In this document: positions 9,754-18,297 of the stretch, piece after piece
How positions within the stretch are numbered: position 1 is the first letter of the stretch
How the letters are laid out: every line of letters begins with the position of its first letter
Assembly (NCBI GenBank): GCA_019894975.1
Contig: JAGXNO010000008.1
Coordinates: forward strand, 8,294 to 72,293
Reading direction: 5' to 3'
From: Promethearchaeota archaeon
GTDB lineage: Archaea > Asgardarchaeota > Lokiarchaeia > Sigyniarchaeales > SOKP01
DNA length: 64,000 nucleotides
The notes under the pieces: generated by a model
The model's input: only the letters and a program-made list of their open reading frames with translations
Told to the model about the DNA's origin: nothing
Databases searched by the model: none
Program-made: the position numbers and the translations under genes

Positions 9754-10338
9754 ATGATAAAATTTAAGGTCGTTGTCGCGGGGGCTAAAAATGTTGGTAA
9801 AACTTCGCTCCTTCGGCGTTTTGCGACAGGAAAATTTGAAGTATCCACCTTATCTACAATTGGGGTCGATTTTGAAACAAAAAAAATCATTATTGATGAC
9901 ACTGAAATTTTATTAAATATTTGGGACTTCGCAGGAGAGAAGAAGTTTAGACTCCTTTTCCCCTCATATGTATCTGGAGCTTCTGGAGCTTTATTGCTCT
10001 ATGACGTTTCGAATAGGGATTCTTTAAACGATCTTTATGATTGGATAAATGTAATCTCTTCTGTTCCTAATTCACCTAAAACCCGGATTTTAATTGAAGC
10101 AAAAATTGATTTGAAAAGGAAAATAAAAGAAGAAGAAGCACAAGAAATATTCGAAAAATATAATTTTCAGGGAGAAATAATAAGTACCTCATCAAAAACG
10201 GGGGAAAATGTCGAAAAAGCGTTTCAGATGTTAGGACGTGAGATATTGAAAAATTCTTTGCAGAAATGTACGAATTGTGGAAAAATGTATCCAATTGAAC
10301 TAAAATTCTGTCAATACTGTGGTTCAAAAACAGCTTAA
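9754..10338 (+). CDS. Rab/Ras-like small GTPase with a C-terminal CxxC..CxxC zinc ribbon
   Basis: G1 GAKNVGKT, switch I TIGVDF, G3 WDFAGEKKF, degenerate G4 EAKID, G5 TSSKTG. The tail is CTNCGKMYPIELKFCQYCGSK in place of a prenylation motif. Confidence 0.8.
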   Translation: MIKFKVVVAGAKNVGKTSLLRRFATGKFEVSTLSTIGVDFETKKIIIDDTEILLNIWDFAGEKKFRLLFPSYVSGASGALLLYDVSNRDSLNDLYDWINVISSVPNSPKTRILIEAKIDLKRKIKEEEAQEIFEKYNFQGEIISTSSKTGENVEKAFQMLGREILKNSLQKCTNCGKMYPIELKFCQYCGSKTA

Positions 10339-10570
10339 ATATTTTGTTTAGTTAAGAATTTACTCTCTTTCTTTTCTTATGATTGGAATTATCTGAAATT
10401 AAGAAAAAGAGGAGTAAAAAGTTTACTCCCGAAAATTGTTATCGATCTCTAAAATGAGGGAAAGAAAAAGTAAGTGAAAATAGTGATCACCTGTTTTTTT
10501 TGCTTGAAGTATTTAAATCTCGCTATTTTGATTCAGCTTGTGGGTTATTTTGAATATTTCTAGAGAATGT

Positions 10571-10813
10571 TTATTTTATTTGTTTGTCTAGAAATCTCTC
10601 TACTTTTAGAATTAAATCCTCCCGAAGCTTAGGATCGGCCCAATCTTCATCTTCAAAAAGTCTTTCTTCTTTTGCTCTGCGCTGTAATCCGATCTTGGCG
10701 ATAATATAATGTGCTTTCAGGTAAAGATCAGCAGAGGGGGGAACGTTTCGAAGCTCCTGTACCAAACAATTGATAGATTCTTTTCTTTTTAATTCCATTT
10801 CCTGACTTGTCAT
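10571..10813 (-). CDS. Hypothetical small helical protein
   Basis: 80-aa ORF with no recognisable motif. Coding status is supported only by length and a charged helical composition. Confidence 0.3.
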   Translation of the reverse strand: MTSQEMELKRKESINCLVQELRNVPPSADLYLKAHYIIAKIGLQRRAKEERLFEDEDWADPKLREDLILKVERFLDKQIK

Positions 10814-11003
10814 CAGTAAATAACACTAGGGGTGGTCTTATATATTGTTCAAGAGACTGACTAAATTCTATTAATACCTCAATTCATAGATTTATAACTC
10901 CTAATTCTCATATTATCACAACTAAAATTTTTATGTGGATAGAAAAATGAAAAGAAGCATAATAGTAAAGATAGCGTTAATTTTTAGCCTTATATTCATG
11001 GGT

Positions 11004-11609
11004 TCATTTGGTATGAAAAATTCTTAATTCATAATTACAATTATAACAATGTAACGGTTTTGAATTGAATTCAGTCCCACATTGGGGGCATTTTGTCCTT
11101 ATTGATTCAACGATATGCTGAAGTTCATCAAGTTGATTTTTATGTGTTGGTTTTTTAAAGGCATTTAATAGTAGAACAAGCCCAACCGAAAAGAATATAA
11201 TGACAATCCCAAGAATTATTGTCTTAATAATTAAAATCAGGAATTTTGCATTAAAATATGGTTGGTAATATTTATATAAAAAAGCATAGAAAAAGAAATT
11301 AGAGAAAAAGAATGTTAATAAGTTCATTGCATAGACTTTTTTATAGTTATCATAAATCAGAACAGGAATTAAAGAAATAAAAAGCCAAATAGAATAAATA
11401 AGAATCGCATCCTTCAATGTATTATACATTACATACCTAACCAACCATTCAATTACAATAATTTGTTCTTCAGTAGTTTTTAAAGGTTTTGGATAATATT
11501 GAAGATTTAATTCATAGCTATACCTGAAGCTAGATATTAATGCAATTAGAAATGATATCTGCAATACAAAAACAATAGTCCTACTTTCTATAACTTTTTT
11601 TAGATTCAC
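11004..11609 (-). CDS. Membrane protein (about 5 TM) with a C-terminal zinc ribbon
   Basis: Several hydrophobic segments followed by CPQCGTEFNSKPLHCYNCNYEL. Confidence 0.5.
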   Translation of the reverse strand: MNLKKVIESRTIVFVLQISFLIALISSFRYSYELNLQYYPKPLKTTEEQIIVIEWLVRYVMYNTLKDAILIYSIWLFISLIPVLIYDNYKKVYAMNLLTFFFSNFFFYAFLYKYYQPYFNAKFLILIIKTIILGIVIIFFSVGLVLLLNAFKKPTHKNQLDELQHIVESIRTKCPQCGTEFNSKPLHCYNCNYELRIFHTK

Positions 11610-11944
11610 ATTAACAATTATAATTTTTAATTAGATTTCATGTTGTGTTAAGAAACCCTATAATATAAATACATATTTGTCTATTTTTCCATCTGGAGTT
11701 GGTGTGCTTGATTATATTAAAAACTATTTCAATAAACTCCCAATCACTGGTTTTATATATGAATTCTTGAGTTTCAATAAATATGACGAAGTCGTTCTAG
11801 GTAATTCTCTTTCTATATGGTCAGTTAAGAACCAATAAATAACTTAAGAGTCTTCGTTGAGGGATCGTATCTCATAATTTCAATAACTAAATCTTCGATA
11901 CCGTGTCCTTCTTAATAAAAATTAAGATTAATCATTTACCAATT

Positions 11945-12322
11945 CTAAGTTCTTCGGGTATGATGGTGCTTATCATACCTTTCCGGGTATTGCTCGGTTC
12001 GCTTCACTACGGTAGTGGTACCTTTATCATCACTTGTTCTTGGGCTTTTAGGTGCAGATTTTCTCCCCCATGTTTTTACTTCTCTATGTTTAGTATATAC
12101 TACTCCATACAAAATCCAACTTATTGAAGCAATAAAAATAATAGACCAGAAAAAAATGGCTATATACAAGGAAGTCCAATTTGAAATGGAACTATGATGA
12201 TAAGAGGCATGAAGATAGGTTATTCTTAAACAGATTATACCAACTATAATAAAAATTGAAGTTATAACTATACTTATTATATCAAAAATTAAATGTATTC
12301 TTTCATCCTTAGCTTTATCCAT
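11945..12322 (-). CDS. Small membrane protein (2-3 TM) with a basic C-terminal tail
   Basis: 125-aa ORF. Hydrophobic helices IHLIFDIISIVITSIFIIVGII and LYIAIFFWSIIFIASISWILYGVV, then a Lys/Arg/Thr-rich tail. Confidence 0.35.
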   Translation of the reverse strand: MDKAKDERIHLIFDIISIVITSIFIIVGIICLRITYLHASYHHSSISNWTSLYIAIFFWSIIFIASISWILYGVVYTKHREVKTWGRKSAPKSPRTSDDKGTTTVVKRTEQYPERYDKHHHTRRT

Positions 12323-12606
12323 TTCGCTAATTCTCTTAATTTTGTTCTACTATAATATTATATATCATTTGAGCTTAAATTTTTATTGGAGTAATAAATT
12401 AACTTTTTATAATAATATAACATTTTTGTAAAATTTAAATAAAAATCTTCCTGAAAGGTAAAATCAGAGTCTGATTTCAATGAAAATTTATATTATTAAC
12501 TTATTCTCCTCCCATAATATAACTCTCAATTTTTATCAAGATTCTCATAATCATAAAAAAACCTGAAATGTTTTTGTTTAAGGTACTCTAGCAAATTTTC
12601 AAACGA

Positions 12607-14424
12607 TTATCTTCTGATATAGGGACTCCACGAATGGTCAGAACGTATTATAGACCTTGCTTCTTTTTTAATTTTAAGATTAGTTTTAAATGGTGGAAGA
12701 ACTGGGAATATTTTATAAAAGAGAAAAATTACGATTCGGAGACCTATAATTGATAGAGAAATAAGGAAAATTGTGAGATAGATGAATTGTTGATTAGCAA
12801 AAAATGTAATCCAGAATGACATTATCCAGAACGAAAGAATATAAAGGATACTAGTGATCAAACCCCATTTAAAAATTCTATTTTCTGAGTGAATTTCATC
12901 AATCACATAATGATCTCTATACTTACTAAAGAAGAAAACTCGTAATTCAAAGGTTAAAATTACAAATATCCATGCAATGGGCAAAAAAGTTAACAGTGCA
13001 AAGAATGAAATGAAAAATTTATCTGTGGCAACATATAATAGAACAGGTGCGAGTACTGCGATTGTTTGAAGAGGTAGCAATAAAATTAATTTTGCGTTTG
13101 CGCGTTCCCGCGGATTGATAGGTAGCGATGCTAAAACGGATTTCCCACTACTTTCTGTACTAAGTAATCCATAAACTAGCATACCAGAGATTATTGGATT
13201 AAAAATCAACATTCCAACCCAATTATAAAAAAGATCTTCTTCTAATAGAGCTGTACTTCCAATATTACCAATATTAAAAGAGAAGGAAAAAATACAGGAA
13301 AGGATTATTGGCATTATCATCGACAGAAGTGTTTTAAGATCGTGAGTGGCTGCTGATAAATCTTTATGTAAGTAGGCCTTAATTGGAGAACGAGTCTTGA
13401 TCCTTACGTGAATTTTATGTACGGCTAAATCTGAAGGATATTTTTTTTGAATATTTGTAATTTTCCCATCTGTAATTTTTCTAACTGTTTTTGATGCTTT
13501 TAGATGAGTCCACCATGTGAGCATGATAAATAACCCTAAACCAATAAAAATGTTAACCCAGGATTCCATTGAGTCTTGACTTAAAGCAATACTATTTGAG
13601 AGTAAATAACTTGGATTAAATGGATATGGGATAACGCTAAGAATAAAGTTTACCATAGAAGGATTTTCAAGCCCCAGCATTATTCGAAAAATTTCATCAA
13701 TCGAATTTAATGCCCATTGCGTTGTGTAGACGCTTCCAAGAATTACGACTAAATAACTAAGAATATGAAACAGCCTAATAATTGAAGCTCTTTTCGAGCT
13801 ACCTTCGTTAGAATTTAATACTCGATTAAGTCTCCCTCCTATAATAATGAGTAAATTAAAAGAAAAGATAATATTTAGGATTGAAATGCCTAAAGATACA
13901 AAAAAAACAAAGATATTTTGAGTACCTATAAACATTGTAATTGGAAATCCTAGTATAATCACTATTATTGGAATATCAAAACTTCGAAATATTGTTAAGT
14001 AAGTTAACTTATGTAATTTGTCTCGGGAAATTGGTAAGGTTTCAAACCAACGAAAGATCACGCCAGACATTATTATCCCAGATTCTAATAACCCCATTAG
14101 AAAAAAATTAAAAAATTGTAGAGTAAAATACATAGTAAAGAAGATACTTCCTATTAAGATTATACTTTCGGTCGCGACAGGATTTACGCTAAGATTTTCG
14201 ACTATCTGAAAATATGTGAGTAAGGGCATTATTGGTAGAATACCAAATATGAAGGCATAAATTATTTTAGAAACGATTGCTTTAATTTTGAGTGTTCGTT
14301 CCTTACCTTGGTAGCTCTCTAAAATCCCAGATAGATATATCCCTTTTGATTGAAGTGAAGCTTCAAGTAAAAGTTCCTTGTTAGTATATTTCGCAAGAGA
14401 GAATATATTTAATTTTTTCCGCAT
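12607..14424 (-). CDS. Large polytopic membrane protein (at least 12 TM), function unknown (permease-like)
   Basis: 605-aa uninterrupted ORF made almost entirely of hydrophobic helices. No ATPase partner lies next to it. Confidence 0.6.
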   Translation of the reverse strand: MRKKLNIFSLAKYTNKELLLEASLQSKGIYLSGILESYQGKERTLKIKAIVSKIIYAFIFGILPIMPLLTYFQIVENLSVNPVATESIILIGSIFFTMYFTLQFFNFFLMGLLESGIIMSGVIFRWFETLPISRDKLHKLTYLTIFRSFDIPIIVIILGFPITMFIGTQNIFVFFVSLGISILNIIFSFNLLIIIGGRLNRVLNSNEGSSKRASIIRLFHILSYLVVILGSVYTTQWALNSIDEIFRIMLGLENPSMVNFILSVIPYPFNPSYLLSNSIALSQDSMESWVNIFIGLGLFIMLTWWTHLKASKTVRKITDGKITNIQKKYPSDLAVHKIHVRIKTRSPIKAYLHKDLSAATHDLKTLLSMIMPIILSCIFSFSFNIGNIGSTALLEEDLFYNWVGMLIFNPIISGMLVYGLLSTESSGKSVLASLPINPRERANAKLILLLPLQTIAVLAPVLLYVATDKFFISFFALLTFLPIAWIFVILTFELRVFFFSKYRDHYVIDEIHSENRIFKWGLITSILYILSFWIMSFWITFFANQQFIYLTIFLISLSIIGLRIVIFLFYKIFPVLPPFKTNLKIKKEARSIIRSDHSWSPYIRR

Positions 14425-14658
14425 ACAACATGTTCCTTTTAATTTTGGATTTTATTTTTTCTTAATCACCGTAATTACAGCTTCAAATAGCTTGAAGTAT
14501 ATCCACACATTTACCACATAAAGCGCAAAAGTTCATACTAAAATCATCGAATTGAATATATTGGATCAGATGCTTAATCTTATCAAAAATAATATTTAAA
14601 CCTAAGCATTTTACTTCTTCATTTCTCATAAGCTAATTAGAATTGTTGCAGAAAAAAG

Positions 14659-14829
14659 GTGTTATCTAAATTAAACCTAGGAAAAGGAGAAGTAGAAGCC
14701 ATTAATCTATGCTTTGAAATTAAAGCCCCATTATTACTTATTGATGAAAAAAAAGGCAGGAATATTGCTCAATCTTATAAATTATCAGCTTGGATTTATC
14801 AAAAAATAATGGTAAAACTGAGTTTCTAG
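14659..14829 (+). pseudogene. Remnant of a PIN-like (DUF3368-type) nucleic-acid-binding protein gene
   Basis: The frame reads ..LSKLNLGKGEVEAINLCFEIKAPLLLIDEKKGRNIAQSYKL.., matching the L-x-GE-x-EAI..LLLID-x-x-GR core of that family. The N-terminal half is missing (stop at 14638..14640, no ATG), and the tail diverges and overlaps the next ORF. Confidence 0.35.
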
Positions 14830-15182
14830 GATATAAAGTCAATTTTCCTAATCCAAATCAGCTTAAAATTTATAATGGAAAAATGAGATTTGATGGTTTT
14901 GCAAGAATAAAAATAAATGGAAAAACAATCCAAATTGCATTTGAGTATAATGGCAAGCAACACTATGAATTTCCAAATTATTGGTTTGAAAATTCTGATC
15001 GGGGATATAAGGCATGGTTAGAGTATATTGAAAGAGATCAGATTAAGAAAGAAATTTGCAAATTGAATAAAATATACTTGATAGAAATACCCTTCTATAT
15101 AGATCTTGCGTTAGAACACCCAAAAAAAATCCAATCTTATATCATAAATCAATTTGAATTAATTTCTGGTATAAAATTATAA
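14790..15182 (+). CDS. Putative PD-(D/E)XK-type endonuclease-like protein
   Basis: 130 aa with RFDGFARI..(8)..IAFEYNGKQHYEF....ERDQIKKEICKLNKIYLIEIPF. This matches the D...E-Y-x-G-x-QH...RD..K...C pattern of restriction-endonuclease-fold stand-alone nucleases. TTG start. Confidence 0.4.
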   Translation: MDLSKNNGKTEFLGYKVNFPNPNQLKIYNGKMRFDGFARIKINGKTIQIAFEYNGKQHYEFPNYWFENSDRGYKAWLEYIERDQIKKEICKLNKIYLIEIPFYIDLALEHPKKIQSYIINQFELISGIKL

Positions 15183-15320
15183 CAAATCTATACCTCAATT
15201 AATAGGAAATTGAAATTATGATTAAATATCCTTTTTCCTGTGTTTAAATTATTTCACAAATTTAATTAAATCATGAAAATTTAATAAAAACATTACAACT
15301 CTTAATAAGAGGAGAATCTT

Positions 15321-15849
15321 ATGGTTTATGACATTAAAAGTGATATTACTGAAATAATAAATCGCATTGAAAAAGAAAATATCTCATTAAAAGATAAGAC
15401 AGTTTTAGTAACGGGGGGCGCTGGCTTCTTAGGTTCATGGGTCTGTGATGTCCTAGTTGAACAAGGGGCTTATTGTATATGTTTAGATAATTTGACGTCT
15501 GGTCAACCAAAAAATGTTCAACATTTAATGGAGAAAGATAATTTTAGGTTTATTAATCACGATATCTCGTACCCTATATATTTTGGAATGAGTTACCATC
15601 CATTAGGTATTTGCATTGGTGATATTAAAAAAATTGATATTGTTATGCATATGGCAAGTAGAGCCTCACCATTTGAATTTCAGAAAGATCCTATAGCGAT
15701 TCTTAGGAGCAATACGTTAGGAACATTAAATTCGCTAGGAATAGCAAAATTCCATAATTCGATATTTTTCTATACGAGCACTTCTGAGGTTTATGGAAAC
15801 CCACCGAATGAAGAGATACCATCTCCAGAGACTTACTTTGGGCACGTAA
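15321..15849 (+). CDS. UDP-glucuronate decarboxylase / UDP-xylose synthase-like extended SDR, exon 1
   Basis: VLVTGGAGFLGSWVCDVL (Rossmann GxxGxxG), MHMASRASP, TSTSEVYGNP...ETYFGHV. As an ORF it then runs into ILV-stop at 15858..15860. Confidence 0.8.
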
Positions 15850-15880
15850 TTCTTGTATAAGGATTCCTACAAGAGCGTAT
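15850..15880 (+). other. Putative 31-nt bulge-helix-bulge (BHB) intron inside a protein-coding gene
   Basis: Inner helix 15851-57/15868-74 (7 bp). Bulge 15848-50. Central helix 15844-47/15875-78 (4 bp). Bulge 15879-81. Outer helix 15838-42/15882-86. Removing these 31 nt joins GTA A|AC CCA to give GHVNPVGPRSCYDE. Confidence 0.65.
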
Positions 15881-16413
15881 ACCCAGTAGGTCCAAGGAGC
15901 TGTTATGATGAGTCTAAGAGGGCGGGGGAAGCTTTCATTAAGGCATATGAACTACAACATCAAATGAGAACAAAGATTGTAAGAATTTTTAACACTTCTG
16001 GGCCAAGAATACGTCATGGACCTGAGTTTGGCAGAGTTGTTCCAAATTTTATACATCAAGCGGTAAACGATGAAGATATTACTATTTTTGGGGATGGATC
16101 ACAAACAAGGTCTTTTATTTATGTGGTAGATGAGATCGAAGGAATCCTAAAAATGGTGTTTAATGATGAAGCAAATGGAGAGGTTATTAATTTAGGCAAT
16201 GATAAAGAATATACCATATTAGAGTTAGCGAATATCATAAAAGATTTAGCAGGTTCTAATTCAAAAATAGTTTATAAACCACTACCTATTGATGACCCCG
16301 TACGTCGATGCCCCGATATCACGAAAGCAAAAAAAATCTTAAATTGGGAACCTACAACTTCCTTGGAAGAAGGACTTAAAAAAACCATTGCATGGTTCAA
16401 AGATAATGAATAA
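15881..16413 (+). CDS. UDP-glucuronate decarboxylase / UDP-xylose synthase-like extended SDR, exon 2
   Basis: (N)PVGPRSCYDESKRAGEAF contains the catalytic YxxxK. It continues with RIFNTSGPR and PDITKAKKILNWEPTTSLEEGLKKTI, a typical UXS/ArnA-type C-terminus. It sits in the +1 frame relative to exon 1. Confidence 0.8.
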
Positions 16414-16924
16414 TACAACCGATAAGGATCAACATAGGAATTTTAAATCCAGTTTAAAAGAATTTGATACATTACTCAAGATCTGTTTAGTTATTGGAAT
16501 TGTAGTTATTTCGGGTTTTGTTATCTACCATGCTTTAAAACCAGAACCAGGTTTTGTTACGTTTGGAATTTTAAACGAGAACCAAGAAGCGGAAAATTAT
16601 CCTACCGAGGCTGCTATGAGTGAGAATATTTCCTTTTATCTTACTGTTGAAAATTATTTAGAAAGAGATTTTGCATTTAATGTGAAAATCAAGAAAGGGG
16701 ATAATAATACCGTTCTAAGTTCTACAGGCTCAAATGGAACATTTGCATTTATGATTAATGGTTCCTTAAACCATAAGGAACTTTGGAAGTCTAGTAAATT
16801 AAATATTTCATTTTCTCAAATTGGTGCGAATCAAATAATTATCGCAGAATTATGGCAAGGTTTCGAAAGTAAACCTGAAGAATTCTATAACATACTGTGG
16901 TTGCGTTTAAATATTACTTCTTAA
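16406..16924 (+). CDS. Membrane-anchored protein (DUF1616-like), often found near archaeal glycosylation genes
   Basis: The ATG overlaps the stop of the SDR gene (ATGAATAA). One N-terminal TM (LKICLVIGIVVISGFVIYHAL) is followed by a beta-rich ectodomain. The family assignment is tentative. Confidence 0.4.
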   Translation: MNNTTDKDQHRNFKSSLKEFDTLLKICLVIGIVVISGFVIYHALKPEPGFVTFGILNENQEAENYPTEAAMSENISFYLTVENYLERDFAFNVKIKKGDNNTVLSSTGSNGTFAFMINGSLNHKELWKSSKLNISFSQIGANQIIIAELWQGFESKPEEFYNILWLRLNITS

Positions 16925-18297
16925 TTCAGGCCCCCTATTATTTGGACATTCTCTACTCTAACATAGGGTGCGTGAAGTGAACCATAGATTTTAAATTCTT
17001 TTGAAATGGAACTTATATTCTTATATAAATCTAAAAGATTAATCCCTATCATCGTTTCATTTAAAGGCTCTTTAATTTCCCCATTAAGTATTAAATTTCC
17101 ATGTAATATCAAGCCCGAGAAATCACCCGTTGAAATATTAGGATTATCTCCAGTGTAATCAAATAAAATTCCTTCTTTTACATCCTTTATCATTTCTGTT
17201 AAAGGTGTATCACCATTTCGCATAATTAGGTTTGTAGATCCTATGGAAGGTATAGAACTATAGGAACTTCTCGCAGCATTACCTGTGCTCTCTATACCTT
17301 CTTTACCCGCTGTATAGCTATTATGCAATAATCCTGTCTTTAGGAATTTTCCTTTTTCAATAATTTTCTTATTTTTGCAAGGCACACCTTCCCCATCAAA
17401 TATTGCAGATCCAACAGCACCATCAATTAACCCATTATCTTCAATATTTAATAACTTTGAGCCAATTTGTTCATCCCTTTTATCTACAAGGAAATTTCGT
17501 TTATATTGGAAAGATTCCCCATTTATAGCCGAAGCAAGGGGTCTTAATATTAATTGTATGGCTCCTTTTGGTGATAAAATGAGAGGAACTTTCATATTAC
17601 TTATTTTTTTTCTATGCAAATTTCTTTTAGCTTCTAATAGGGCAGTATTAACTACGTTTAATGCATTTAGAGCTTTTATAGAACGTTCAGATTGCCATTC
17701 GTAACCGAATGAGGTTTCCTTATTTGTTTTATCCTCTACAATGATGTGTGAAGAAAGCGAACAACTCGTCTCTTTTCCTGATACTTCTAACCCATTAGTA
17801 TTAAAAATATTTGTTTTGGAATAATTTGAAATAAAACTTCCCGATTGAGAGATTGCAAGCTCATCATTATCACATACTTCGATTAAAGTGTTGATATAAT
17901 CCAGGGAATCTTCTAATTGGAGAGCTTTCAATTCTTTATCGTATAAACCATTTACTAGTGGATAATTTTGAAAAGAACTGGGTAGATCATGAAAATCAGG
18001 GTCAGGAGTGCCAACATTCATCATTTTTAAAGCTGTTTTACAAAGATTATCCATAGTTTTTTTTTCTAATTTATTCGAAAATGCAAAACCGAGAGCACCT
18101 TGATTGTTAATAACTCGGATAGATACTCCATTATCCTCTCCAGTTTCACTATTTTTTACAGAATTTTCCTCAATTTCTATGCTGATATAAGTATTTTTTT
18201 CAAAAAAAAACTCAGCACATTTTAAATCATGAGAATTTTGCTCGATCAATTTCAAACCATAGTTTGCTAAAGAATATATATCTGAGTTGATTTCCAT
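16921..18297 (-). CDS. pmbA: PmbA/TldE-family metalloprotease modulator
   Basis: 458 aa immediately downstream of the TldD gene (its start abuts the TldD stop) and paralogous to it. It lacks the HExxxH motif, as is typical for PmbA. Confidence 0.8.
   Translation of the reverse strand: MEINSDIYSLANYGLKLIEQNSHDLKCAEFFFEKNTYISIEIEENSVKNSETGEDNGVSIRVINNQGALGFAFSNKLEKKTMDNLCKTALKMMNVGTPDPDFHDLPSSFQNYPLVNGLYDKELKALQLEDSLDYINTLIEVCDNDELAISQSGSFISNYSKTNIFNTNGLEVSGKETSCSLSSHIIVEDKTNKETSFGYEWQSERSIKALNALNVVNTALLEAKRNLHRKKISNMKVPLILSPKGAIQLILRPLASAINGESFQYKRNFLVDKRDEQIGSKLLNIEDNGLIDGAVGSAIFDGEGVPCKNKKIIEKGKFLKTGLLHNSYTAGKEGIESTGNAARSSYSSIPSIGSTNLIMRNGDTPLTEMIKDVKEGILFDYTGDNPNISTGDFSGLILHGNLILNGEIKEPLNETMIGINLLDLYKNISSISKEFKIYGSLHAPYVRVENVQIIGGLN

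Noticed and set aside
9687-9902. 71-aa minus-strand ORF overlapping the start of the small GTPase gene
   Set aside because: It is antisense to a gene with complete G1-G5 motifs. The product is low-complexity.
10370-10500. Possible C/D-box sRNA downstream of the GTPase gene (ATGATTG ... CTGA)
   Set aside because: The C-like and D-like boxes are only 7 nt apart, and no C'/D' pair with 12-nt guide spacing could be found, so the geometry is wrong.
15560-15640. About 15-aa insertion (FGMSYHPLGICIGDIKK) in exon 1 of the SDR relative to typical UXS enzymes, considered as a second, in-frame intron
   Set aside because: Only a weak UGGA/UCCA hairpin is present, with no BHB geometry. The segment is in frame and may simply be a lineage-specific loop.
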